Positions 20,742 through 29,610 of a DNA stretch of 64,000 nucleotides are shown piece after piece. Under the pieces are notes generated by a model, which saw only the letters and a list, made by a program, of their open reading frames with translations, was not told where the DNA came from and made no database searches. A program made the position numbers and the translations under genes. The DNA comes from Myxococcota bacterium (GTDB lineage Bacteria; Myxococcota_A; UBA9160; UBA4427): assembly GCA_965250285.1 (NCBI GenBank), contig OZ252299.1:1920001-1984000 (forward strand), written 5' to 3'. Position 1 is the first letter of the stretch, and each line of letters begins with the position of its first letter.

Positions 20742-21182
20742 GCCGCCGACCCTACCCCATCGTGCACGCATCGCCGGTCGGCGATTGGGCACGTCGCCCC
20801 ATCGCTGACTCGTTCGCTCGAGCGTCCGACACGCGTCGGCGTCCGGCTCGTCACCGGACGTGACCCAGAGTCGAACGACCGGCGATCGATCGCTCGGTGG
20901 TACGCCGTTCGGTGGCACCCGACACGGCATGGTGAGACACGCTCGGGTGAATCGAGGGATCGACTAGGGATTTACCCTGCTCGACTGCGCCGCTTCGAGC
21001 CGGGACGCGCGCAACTCGATCGCGTTCCGAAGTGCTTGGTCGAACATCGTCGCCCTGTGTGTATCGCATTCATGTGTCTGCTGTCCGGGACAGGCAGATC
21101 CACATCGGATGTTCATGCGAGCGCAAACCAAGGGAGAACCCCCACCACGTCGTTCAATTCGACGGAATGGGCGCGTTGCACC

Positions 21183-21211
21183 TTGATGGCTCGGTGACCC
21201 GTGCATAACAT
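21183..21211 (+). promoter_or_regulatory. Possible sigma70 promoter
   Basis: TTGATG-N17-TAACAT in the long intergenic region, facing the XRE gene. Confidence 0.45.
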
Positions 21212-21684
21212 GCGCTCGCGTTCGATCCGGATACGCATCTTTGTGACAGCGCGCAACACGCCTTGCACCGTTCGATCACGGCGAAAGCGCACGAAGCAGA
21301 GAAACGGACGCACGAGACACGGCGACGGTACGCTCGAGCACCCGGGCGCGCCCGACGTCTCGTGCGGGATCGAACCGGGGGTGAGTGGGGTCCAAGATCC
21401 AAAGGACGAGCGTGTTTCGCCTCTCCTGTCTCTGCGCTGCACGTGCGACTCAGCACGGTGACGGGCGACGAGGGACGCGAGACGAGGGACGAACCCGCTT
21501 CGAGCCGTCGAGCGATCGATGCGCCCGTCGTCGATCGTCCGAACGATCGAACGACCCCACATCAGAGCAGTGACTGCACGCAGCAGCGCTGACTCGCCGC
21601 GATCGACCGTTGATCGATCGCAATGAGAACCAGAAGCAGAGAACCTGCGACCAAAGAAGAGAACAGAAGGAGAACAGGCTCGTC

Positions 21685-21924
21685 ATGTCCAAGACGTCCG
21701 TCGATCGAATCAAGCGGAAGCTTCCCGAACGCCTCGCCCAGATCCGGGGTGACCGCTCGCAGCGACAGTTTGCGCGCGACCTCGGCGTGTTCCAGCAGAA
21801 CGTGAACCGCTACGAAAACGGCACCACGCCGCATACCGACTTCTTGATCACGCTGGCGACGAAGGAGCGCGTCTCCCTCGACTGGCTGCTGCTCGGCAAG
21901 GGCCGCATGCGGCGCACCCGCTAG
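21685..21924 (+). CDS. Small XRE-family HTH protein (79 aa)
   Basis: ERLAQIRGDRSQRQFARDLGVFQQNVNRYENG...VSLDWLLLGKG; AAGGAG upstream. Confidence 0.88.
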   Translation: MSKTSVDRIKRKLPERLAQIRGDRSQRQFARDLGVFQQNVNRYENGTTPHTDFLITLATKERVSLDWLLLGKGRMRRTR

Positions 21925-22040
21925 ATCGAGCCGGGCAGGCGGCGCCGGGGCGTCTCGAACGCCGCGGCGCCCCGCCCTACTGGGCGCCCGGGCGGCTCCC
22001 AAGCCGCGGCGCCCGGCGCTTTCGAGCGCCCGACCGTTCC

Positions 22041-22166
22041 GGTCGCCGCGTCCCGAGCGTTCAACGCGTCTCGCGGGTTCAACGCGTCTCGCGCGTTCGA
22101 GGCGCCTCGAGCGGTCAGAACGTCTCGCGGGTTCCACGCGTCTCGCGCGTTCGAGGCGCCTCCCGC
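22041..22166. repeat. Degenerate 18-bp tandem repeat, about 7 units
   Basis: Units GTTCAACGCGTCTCGCGG, GTTCAACGCGTCTCGCGC, GTTCGAGGCGCCTCGAGC, GGTCAGAACGTCTCGCGG, GTTCCACGCGTCTCGCGC, GTTCGAGGCGCCTCCCGC. Confidence 0.85.
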
Positions 22167-22433
22167 GCGCTCACTTCGTCTCCAGCGCGCCCGCCACGAC
22201 CGATGCGCCGGACGCCCGCGCTCTCCTTCAGCTCGCAGGCGCTCCGAGTCGATCCCGACCCCACGCACCCGACGGGCGGGCCCCTCGAGGGTCTCGCGGC
22301 CGCATCGCGCCGCAGGAGTGGAACTCCACTACCCACTCCCCATGGGCGCTGCCCCCTCGTTTCACATCACGCGCCGGCAACGCACAACGTAAGCCGCTGC
22401 GCGCAGAGGGCTCCCCTGCGAATGGGCGGTCCG

Positions 22434-22449
22434 TGGCACGCGGCTTGCT
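22434..22449 (+). promoter_or_regulatory. Sigma54 -24/-12 promoter
   Basis: TGGCACG-CGGC-TTGCT, an exact consensus match, 64 bp upstream of ATG 22513. Confidence 0.85.
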
Positions 22450-22512
22450 CTTCTCATCGGGCGAACCCTTCGCGCTCTCGACGACTCGCGGACTGCTGGA
22501 ACCCCGCCCCCG

Positions 22513-22848
22513 ATGCTGCGTCTTCTCGTTCTGATCACCCTCGCCCTGACGACCGCAGACCACTGGACCACGTGGCAGTGCCTGCGCGCGCCCGTGCCGG
22601 GCTGGAACGTGACCGAAGCGAACCCGGCCGCCAGCTGGCTGTTCCAGGCGACGGGCCTCGTGCCCGGGTTGCTCATCGACTCGGCCATCACCGTCGCCGC
22701 GGTGGCGTTCCTCGTCACGACGCAAGCGATCCCGCGTCCGGCGAAGCTCGCGTTCCTCGCGTTGATCTCGGTCTGCACGGGCTACGCGGTGGCGAACAAC
22801 GTGCTCGCGATTCGGGACATGGGGCTGCTCACGGTGGGGGTGTCCTGA
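22513..22848 (+). CDS. Small membrane protein, DUF5658-like
   Basis: ADHWTT...EANP motif plus hydrophobic helices. Confidence 0.65.
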   Translation: MLRLLVLITLALTTADHWTTWQCLRAPVPGWNVTEANPAASWLFQATGLVPGLLIDSAITVAAVAFLVTTQAIPRPAKLAFLALISVCTGYAVANNVLAIRDMGLLTVGVS

Positions 22849-22852
22849 CGAG

Positions 22853-23548
22853 ATGCGACGCTTTGCCCCGATTCTGATCGTGTTCGGCCTCGCGAGCCTC
22901 TCGTGCAGCGGCTTCGGCTCCTTCTCGAATGCGCCGACCGACGCCGCTGCGGTGCTCGTCATCCCGCCGACCGAGCTCAAGGAAGCGCCCGAGCTCGCCC
23001 ATCCCATTCGCGCCGATCAGGATCAGCTCGCGGTCATCAAGGCCGACGCGCTCGACGGACGCGTGCGGGGTGAGATTCTCGACGAGCTCCACGCGCGACA
23101 TACCGGACTCTCGGATCGCGAGCTCATGCGACTCGCGTACACCATCGTCCAGGAGTCGGAGCGCCATGGGATCGACCCGACGCTCACGCTCGCGGTGATC
23201 AAGGTCGAGAGCGGCGGCTACCACCTCGCCGTGTCGCCCGTCGGTGCGCTCGGCCTGATGCAGCTGCTGCCGAGCACGGCCGAAGAGCTCGCCCGGAAGC
23301 ACGGGCTGCACTGGCGCGGCGCCAACTCGCTCTTCGATCCGATTCTGAACGTCAAGCTCGGCACCGCGTACCTCAGCCAGCTCGAGCGCAAGTACGGCAG
23401 CATGCACACCGCGCTCGCGGCGTACAACTGGGGGCCCGGTCGCATCGATCGGCGACTGCGGCGCGGCGCGTCGGTGCCGCGGCTCTACCGCGAGCAGGTG
23501 ATGAAGTTCTATGAGGCCGGCGGCAAGCCCTCGGCCTCGCGCTCGTGA
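22853..23548 (+). CDS. Lytic transglycosylase (SLT domain), probable lipoprotein
   Basis: IKVES, GALGLMQL, ALAAYNWGPG; lipobox-like LASLSC. Confidence 0.92.
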   Translation: MRRFAPILIVFGLASLSCSGFGSFSNAPTDAAAVLVIPPTELKEAPELAHPIRADQDQLAVIKADALDGRVRGEILDELHARHTGLSDRELMRLAYTIVQESERHGIDPTLTLAVIKVESGGYHLAVSPVGALGLMQLLPSTAEELARKHGLHWRGANSLFDPILNVKLGTAYLSQLERKYGSMHTALAAYNWGPGRIDRRLRRGASVPRLYREQVMKFYEAGGKPSASRS

Positions 23549-25074
23549 GCCCCGAGCCAGAGACCTCGACCGGCGTCGGCCGCCTGCGGGACCGCGCCTT
23601 CGTCGCCGCCCACCTCAGCCCCGTGACGCACCAGCTCGGCGACGAAGGCGTCGACGCCGTCCATCGCCGCGCGCGCGCCGTTCTTGTAGCCGTTGACGAT
23701 CACCGCGAAGATGGCGAGCTCGCCGTCCGCCAGCTCGGCGTAGCCCGACAGGCTCGTGACGCGCGCATCCGACAGCAGGCCGGTCTTGGCGCGCACCCGG
23801 CCACGCAGTCCGGCCGCGCGCTTCTCGAGCGTGCCGTCCGCCTGCGCCAGCGGCAGCGAGGCGAGCATCTCGGGACCGAAGGCGAACGAGGCACGTGAGG
23901 CGACGAGGGCCCGGTGCAGCGTCCGGGCCGACACGCGGTTGCGCGTCGACAGCCCCGACCCGTCGACGAGCACCGTGCCGGCACCGAGCACACCCATCTC
24001 GTCGAGCGCCGCTTGCATCGCTGCGAGCCCGGTCGCCCAGCTGCCGGCCTCGCCCGTTGCGGCGCGCCCCATCGACTTCACGAGCGACTCCGCGACCGCG
24101 TTGTTGCTGTACTTCATGAAGAGCTGGACGATCTCGCTGAGCGGGCGCCCCTCGAAGACGAGCAGCTCGTGTCGGGCTTCGTCGGCCTTCCCCCGCCGCA
24201 CGACGCCGGTGACCTCGATTCCTACCGCCTCGAGCTGCATCTTGAGAACGGCACCCGCGTAGATGGCCGGGTCGGAGACGCTGCGCGGAAACACGTCGGG
24301 TTGGGCCCCCGCCGCGAGGCGTCCGCGAACCGAGACGCCCTCGCCCTCGGCCGCGCGTCGACGATCGACGACCAGATTTGGTCGCGTCCGGGGTGCTCCG
24401 GTCGTCGCTCGATTCTCCACCCGAAAGAAGTCGATCGGCGGATCGACGTCGACCCGCACCGGAGCGCCGGGCTTCGGTCCGGCCGTGACCCGCACGAAGT
24501 AGGCGCCGTAGTTGGCGGTGAGCGCGGTGATGGGCGCGTGATACGCGCGCGACGAGACGCGGCCCCAGTCGGGATGGGCGCGCACGGCGTCGAACGCCGA
24601 GTCGTTCACGATGAGGTCGCCCTCGACGCGCCGCAGGCCTTCGGTGCGCAGGGCCGAGGCCACGCGCCACCAGTCCTCGCTGTTCGTGACCGGGTCGCCG
24701 CCGCCGACGACGAGCAGCGCGCTGACGCGCCCCTCGGCGTCGGGCGGCTCGGGCGTGAGCAGCCGCGTCTCGAACTGATGCGTCGGCCCGAAGCGGTCGA
24801 GCGCCGCCATCGCCGTCAGGATCTTCATGTTCGAGGCTGGGATCAGCGAAAGATCCGCATCGTGGGCGTACAGGACGGCCCCGTCACGTGCGCGCCCGAC
24901 CAGGATGCTGGTGCGCGCCCCGGCGAGCCCGGCCCTCTGGCGCGCCCGATCGAGCGCTTGCTCGCGCTTCGCGGCGCGCGTGGACGCGAGATCGCTCGCC
25001 TGTACGGGCGTCGGCGGCCCGCCGCAGGCGAAGAGCAGAGAGAGAAGGAGGGCCGTCAACCCGGTCCGCATCAT
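23509..25074 (-). CDS. dacB: D-Ala-D-Ala carboxypeptidase/endopeptidase (PBP4, peptidase S13), lipoprotein
   Basis: PASNMK (SxxK), GGGDP, SNN, DGSGLS, KTG; lipobox LFAC. Confidence 0.9.
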   Translation of the reverse strand: MMRTGLTALLLSLLFACGGPPTPVQASDLASTRAAKREQALDRARQRAGLAGARTSILVGRARDGAVLYAHDADLSLIPASNMKILTAMAALDRFGPTHQFETRLLTPEPPDAEGRVSALLVVGGGDPVTNSEDWWRVASALRTEGLRRVEGDLIVNDSAFDAVRAHPDWGRVSSRAYHAPITALTANYGAYFVRVTAGPKPGAPVRVDVDPPIDFFRVENRATTGAPRTRPNLVVDRRRAAEGEGVSVRGRLAAGAQPDVFPRSVSDPAIYAGAVLKMQLEAVGIEVTGVVRRGKADEARHELLVFEGRPLSEIVQLFMKYSNNAVAESLVKSMGRAATGEAGSWATGLAAMQAALDEMGVLGAGTVLVDGSGLSTRNRVSARTLHRALVASRASFAFGPEMLASLPLAQADGTLEKRAAGLRGRVRAKTGLLSDARVTSLSGYAELADGELAIFAVIVNGYKNGARAAMDGVDAFVAELVRHGAEVGGDEGAVPQAADAGRGLWLGAHEREAEGLPPAS

Positions 25075-25180
25075 GTCCACCCCGACCCCGTGTCGGCCGC
25101 GCGACGACCGCGTCGGACGCCTCGATGCGAGCGATCGACCGGTCGCGGCGCGCAGGGGCCACCGCCGCGCCGCCCCGTTC

Positions 25181-25208
25181 GAATCGGTCGCGGCGCCGGA
25201 AATCTTGG
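25181..25208 (-). promoter_or_regulatory. Weak sigma28-type promoter for dacB
   Basis: Minus strand CCAA-N16-ACCGATTC, same spacing as the other sites. Confidence 0.35.
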
Positions 25209-25326
25209 GGGGATCGAGCCAGACGCGGGGGCATCTTCCACCGCCGCGTGCTTGACGCCGTCGAGCTTATCCCCGAGGCTGCACGCCGGCAAACCGGAGC
25301 CCGCTCCGGTGACTCTGGGGGGAGTC

Positions 25327-26685
25327 GTGCTCAGCTGGATCTGGCTCGGGATCGTTCTGGTCTCGGTTCTGTGGGCCGCGCTCTGGAGCGGCGACATGGA
25401 GGCCGTCACCGCTTCGGTGACGGAGGGCGCCCGCTCGGCCGTCACACTCGTGATCGGCCTCGTCGGCATCATGGTGTTCTTCCTCGGGCTGACCCGCGTC
25501 GCCTTCGACGGCGGCCTGCGGGACGCGTTCGCTCGAGCCCTGACCCCGGTGACTCGCCGCCTGTTCCCCGACGTCCCGCCCGATCACCCGGCGATGGGCG
25601 CGATGATCATGAACATGGCGTCCAACATGCTCGGGATGGGCAACGCCGCGACGCCCTTCGGTCTCAAGGCGATGCGTGAGCTGGGCCGGCTGACGCCCCG
25701 GCCGGGCATCGCGAGCAACGCCATCGTGCTCTTCCTCGCAATCAACACGTCGGCGATCACGATCCTCCCGCCCGTGGGCACGATCGCGATCCGCGCCCAG
25801 ACCGGCTCGGCCGACCCGTGGGCCATCTGGGTGCCGACGCTGATCGCCACGACGTGCTCGACCTTGACCGCGGTCACCGCCTACTTCCTGCTGTCGAAGC
25901 TGCCGATGTTCGCGATGGCGGCGCGCCCCGAGATCACGTCGCCCCCCGAGCCCGAGGACATCGACGGCGGCGACGACCCCGCGACGTCGCTGTCCTCGGA
26001 CTCGGGGGGCGACGACCCCGCGACGTCGCTCGAGGCGCCGGAGCGCGCGCCGGTGGGCCCCGGCCGCACCTGGCTGGTGCGCATCACGGCGCTGCTGCTC
26101 GGCGTGGCGATCGTGCTCTTCTTCGTCGATGCCGTGCCCGAGCTCGGCGGCGTCGGCGCCTTCAAGGTCTTCGCGCGCGCCTGGCTGCTGCCGCTGCTCG
26201 TCGTCACGATGCTCCTCGTCGGCGTCGGCGGCGGCGCAGACGTCTACGGCTCGCTGATCTCGGGTGCGAAGGAGGGTCTCGAGGTCTCGGTGCGCATCGT
26301 CCCGTACCTCGTGGCCATGCTGGTCGCCGTTGCGATGCTGCGCGCATCGGGCGCCCTCGGCTCGATCATTGCGACGCTCGACCCGTACACCGCTGCGGTC
26401 GGCGTGCCCGCCGAGGTGCTGCCGATGGCGTTCCTCCGGCCACTCTCCGGCTCGGGCGCGTTTGGTGTGATGAGCGAGATCCTGACGACCCACGGGCCGG
26501 ACACGTTCATCGGGTACCTGACGAGCACGCTCATGGGCTCGACCGAGACGACCTTCTACGTGCTCGCGCTCTACCTGGGTGCCGCCGGCGTCGTCGACGG
26601 TCGACATGCGCTGCTCGCGTGCGTGCTCGGCGACATCGGCGGCTTCATCGGCGCCGTGGCCGCCTGCCACTGGTTCTTCGGGTGA
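25327..26685 (+). CDS. Fused SpmA-SpmB (Gate/nucleoside-recognition domain) membrane protein
   Basis: RLFPDVPPDHPA, NMLGMGNAATPFGLKAM (SpmA); GAKEG, LRPLSGSGA, GSTETTFYVLALY (SpmB). Confidence 0.88.
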   Translation: MLSWIWLGIVLVSVLWAALWSGDMEAVTASVTEGARSAVTLVIGLVGIMVFFLGLTRVAFDGGLRDAFARALTPVTRRLFPDVPPDHPAMGAMIMNMASNMLGMGNAATPFGLKAMRELGRLTPRPGIASNAIVLFLAINTSAITILPPVGTIAIRAQTGSADPWAIWVPTLIATTCSTLTAVTAYFLLSKLPMFAMAARPEITSPPEPEDIDGGDDPATSLSSDSGGDDPATSLEAPERAPVGPGRTWLVRITALLLGVAIVLFFVDAVPELGGVGAFKVFARAWLLPLLVVTMLLVGVGGGADVYGSLISGAKEGLEVSVRIVPYLVAMLVAVAMLRASGALGSIIATLDPYTAAVGVPAEVLPMAFLRPLSGSGAFGVMSEILTTHGPDTFIGYLTSTLMGSTETTFYVLALYLGAAGVVDGRHALLACVLGDIGGFIGAVAACHWFFG

Positions 26686-27791
26686 CGCCCGACACCGACA
26701 CGGCCCCGATCGACGACGCGCGACTGACCGAATGGGTCCACGCCTGCGTCGGCCGCGCCCCGCGCGCGCTCGAGCCGATCGCGCCCGGTCTCGGGCATCG
26801 CACCTTCCATCGTGTCCACTTCGATCCGCCCCTGCCCGTCGGGCCCCGCTCGCTCGTGCTGCGCGTCGATCCGCCCGATGCCCGGATCGCCGTCGGCGGC
26901 GTCGCCCCCGAGCCCGAGCTCGAGCCGATTCGCGCCTGCCTCGAAGCGGCTGGCGTGCCCGTGCCTCGCAGCTTCGGTTCGGACGCGGATCGGGGGCTCG
27001 ACCTGCTCGAGGACGTCGGCGACGAGACCCTCGAGGTCGTCGCCGCGACCGCGCCGCCGGAGATCCGGAAGTCGCTCTACCGTCGAGCCATCGAAGTCGT
27101 CGGGCGACTGCAGACGATCGAAGCACCCGCCGCGAACGACGCCCGCCCGGCGGCGTTCGAGCGGCGCCTCGACCGCGCGCTCATCGCGACGAAGGCGCGC
27201 AAGGTCGTCGATTGGCTCCTGCCCGAAGCGCTCGGGCGCGCCGCTTCGACCGGTGAACGCGAGGTCATCGAAACGAGCTTCGACGCGATCGCCGACCTGG
27301 TCGAGGCCGCGCCGCCGCGGCTGGCGCACCGCGACTACAAGGCGGCCAATCTCCACGTGATGCCGCCGCAGCGGCTCGTGCTGATCGATCTGCAGGGCGC
27401 CTTCATGGCGCCGCCCGAGTACGACCTCGTCTGCCTGCTGCGCGACAATCACGTCGCGCTCGACGACGCCGAGATCGAAGCGCAGCTCGCCTTCGCCCTC
27501 ACCGTATTGCCGGCCGCGCCCGACACCGACACGGCGGGCCTGCGCTTCGACGCCCTGACGATCAGCCGGGTGGGCAAGGATCTCGCGCACTACCTCGACG
27601 CGGCGCGCTCGCGCGGAGACGAACGCTATCTGCGCTTCGTCGCAACGGGGCTCGCGCGGATGCAGACCGCCGCCGAGCGGCTGCGCGCCCGCGACGCACG
27701 CTGGCACGCTCTGGCCGATCTGATCACGCAGCTGACGCTGCCCCCGCGGTGCCGCACGCACGCGAAGGAGGCCCCGACGTGCGCGCCATGA
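26682..27791 (+). CDS. amgK: APH-family phosphotransferase, AmgK-like anomeric MurNAc/GlcNAc kinase
   Basis: LLEDVGD, HRDYKAANL, LIDLQGA, YDLVCLLRD; immediately upstream of a MurU-like gene. Confidence 0.72.
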   Translation: MTPDTDTAPIDDARLTEWVHACVGRAPRALEPIAPGLGHRTFHRVHFDPPLPVGPRSLVLRVDPPDARIAVGGVAPEPELEPIRACLEAAGVPVPRSFGSDADRGLDLLEDVGDETLEVVAATAPPEIRKSLYRRAIEVVGRLQTIEAPAANDARPAAFERRLDRALIATKARKVVDWLLPEALGRAASTGEREVIETSFDAIADLVEAAPPRLAHRDYKAANLHVMPPQRLVLIDLQGAFMAPPEYDLVCLLRDNHVALDDAEIEAQLAFALTVLPAAPDTDTAGLRFDALTISRVGKDLAHYLDAARSRGDERYLRFVATGLARMQTAAERLRARDARWHALADLITQLTLPPRCRTHAKEAPTCAP

Positions 27792-28726
27792 TCCTCGCCG
27801 CCGGGCTCGGCACCCGCCTGCGCCCACTCACCGAGCTGCGACCGAAGCCGGCGCTGCCGGTCGGGGGGCGGCCTGTGATCGCCTACCTGCTCGCGCTGCT
27901 CGCGCACCATGGCGTGCGCGAAGTCGTCGTGAACCGATCCTATCTCGGGGACGTGCTGACGAGCGCCGTCGACGCGTGCACACCCGAAGGCGTACGCGTC
28001 GAGTACAGCGACGAGCACGAGCCCCTCGGCACGGGCGGCGGCATTCGCCGCGCGGCCGAGTTTCTCGCCGAGAGCGACCCGTCGATCGTGCTCGCAGGCG
28101 ACATGCTCTTCGATGCCGACCTGACGGCGTTGGCCGAGGCCCACCGCGCCAGTGGCCGGCGCGCGACGGTGCTGCTCCGCGACGATCCGCGCGCCGACGC
28201 GTTCGGCACGATCGGCCTCGATGCCGCCGGCCGCATGCGCCGCATCGCCAGCCGCTTCGACCTGGGCGGCGAACACTACGCCGGTGTCTTTACAGGTGTC
28301 CGTTTCTTCTCACCGTCCGTGTTCGACGACTGGCCCGACGCCGCCGAGTTCGAGGATCTCACCGACTGGCTGGCGCCCCAGCTGCGCGCCGGCGCCGACG
28401 ACATCGGCGGAATGGTGATCTCGGTCACCGAATCGCAGTGGGAGCCAGTGGGGACGCCCGCCGAATACCTCGCTGCAAACTTGAAGCCTCCGCCCCTTTC
28501 GTTTGCATCGAAGCTGAAGCCCCTCGCGCCGAGCGCAGCGGCGCGGGAGGATCTGGTGATCGGCGCCGAAGCGAAAGTTGTAGAACCCGAGCTGTTGCGC
28601 CGATGTGTCGTATGGGACCACGAAACAGTCCCACCCGGCACTCGAGGCGAAGACGGCGTCTTCGCAGGGGGCCGACTCGTGCCGTGTCGCGACGGCGCGT
28701 CGATCGATGGGAAGGGAGCGACATGA
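27779..28726 (+). CDS. murU: Sugar-1-phosphate nucleotidyltransferase, MurU-like
   Basis: RAMILAAGLGTRLRPLT..PKP, EPLGTGGG; amgK-murU adjacency. Confidence 0.72.
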   Translation: MRAMILAAGLGTRLRPLTELRPKPALPVGGRPVIAYLLALLAHHGVREVVVNRSYLGDVLTSAVDACTPEGVRVEYSDEHEPLGTGGGIRRAAEFLAESDPSIVLAGDMLFDADLTALAEAHRASGRRATVLLRDDPRADAFGTIGLDAAGRMRRIASRFDLGGEHYAGVFTGVRFFSPSVFDDWPDAAEFEDLTDWLAPQLRAGADDIGGMVISVTESQWEPVGTPAEYLAANLKPPPLSFASKLKPLAPSAAAREDLVIGAEAKVVEPELLRRCVVWDHETVPPGTRGEDGVFAGGRLVPCRDGASIDGKGAT

Positions 28727-29460
28727 ACGAGGTCGTGTTCGTCGGGACGAGCGACGCCTTCGGCGCCGGCGGGCGGCGCCAGTCGGCGGTGCTCGTGCGC
28801 GGTCGCCGCGGCGGCATGCTGCTCGACTGCGGTGCGACCACGAACACCGGGCTCGCCGAGCTCGGCGTCGACCGCGGAGAGATCGACACGATCCTGGTCT
28901 CTCACTTCCACGGCGATCACTTCGGCGGCATCCCGCTCTTCCTGCTCGCAGCGCTGTACACCGACCGGCGAACCGCCCCGCTCGAGATCGCCGGCCCGCC
29001 CGAGGTCGAGGCGCGCGTACGCGCCCTCGCCCACGCGATGGGCCACGACCTCGATCGAAACGACTGGAGCTTCGACATCCGCTTCACCGAGGTGCGACCG
29101 GGCCTGCACTACTCGCTGGGGCCCGCCGAGATCGACGCGTTCGAGATGAACCACCAGCTCGAGGCCCATCCCCAGGGCTATCGCGTATCTCTCGGCGAGC
29201 GCCTGGTCGCGTACTCGGGCGACACCGGATGGTTTCCGCAGCTGCCCGAGCTCTCGGCCGGCGCCGATCTGTTCATCTGCGAGTGCACGCTGCACCACGA
29301 GGTGCTCGACTTCCACATGAACCTGGATCAGATCGTCGAGCACCGCGAAGAGTTCGATTGCGGCGATCTGATCCTCACGCACCTCGGCGCCGAGATGGCC
29401 GAGAAGCGCGGACGCTGCGAGATCGAAACCGCCGACGACGGCGTCGTGAAGAAGCTCTGA
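28723..29460 (+). CDS. MBL-fold metallo-hydrolase (RNase Z-like)
   Basis: LLDCG, SHFHGDH, YSGDT, ICECT, LTHLG; ATGA overlap with murU. Confidence 0.88.
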   Translation: MNEVVFVGTSDAFGAGGRRQSAVLVRGRRGGMLLDCGATTNTGLAELGVDRGEIDTILVSHFHGDHFGGIPLFLLAALYTDRRTAPLEIAGPPEVEARVRALAHAMGHDLDRNDWSFDIRFTEVRPGLHYSLGPAEIDAFEMNHQLEAHPQGYRVSLGERLVAYSGDTGWFPQLPELSAGADLFICECTLHHEVLDFHMNLDQIVEHREEFDCGDLILTHLGAEMAEKRGRCEIETADDGVVKKL

Positions 29461-29514
29461 GCCAAGGCGTGATGCGCCGCCTTCGACACGACCCAAGTCC
29501 CGACGCCGCGCCCG

Positions 29515-29610
29515 CGCGTTAGATCTGCCCGTCGGCGCCCGGCACGCGTTGGATCTGCCCGTCGGCGCCCGGCGCGCGTTAGATCTGCCCGTCGGCGCCC
29601 GGCACGCGTT
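29515..29610. repeat. 30-bp tandem repeat x3.2 spanning the anmK stop codon
   Basis: CGCGTT[A/G]GATCTGCCCGTCGGCGCCCGGC[A/G] three times. Confidence 0.95.

Noticed and set aside
21366..21376. GGTTCGATCCC on the minus strand suggesting a tRNA/tmRNA T-arm
   Set aside because: Only about 3 bp of T-stem and no acceptor stem or CCA
22041..22166. Possible CRISPR array (also 29515-29610 and 58092-58148)
   Set aside because: Units are contiguous with no unique spacers, and no cas genes are present
23509..26685. dacB-spmAB as evidence of Bacillus-type sporulation
   Set aside because: This DacB is S13/PBP4-type and divergent, and no sporulation genes are present
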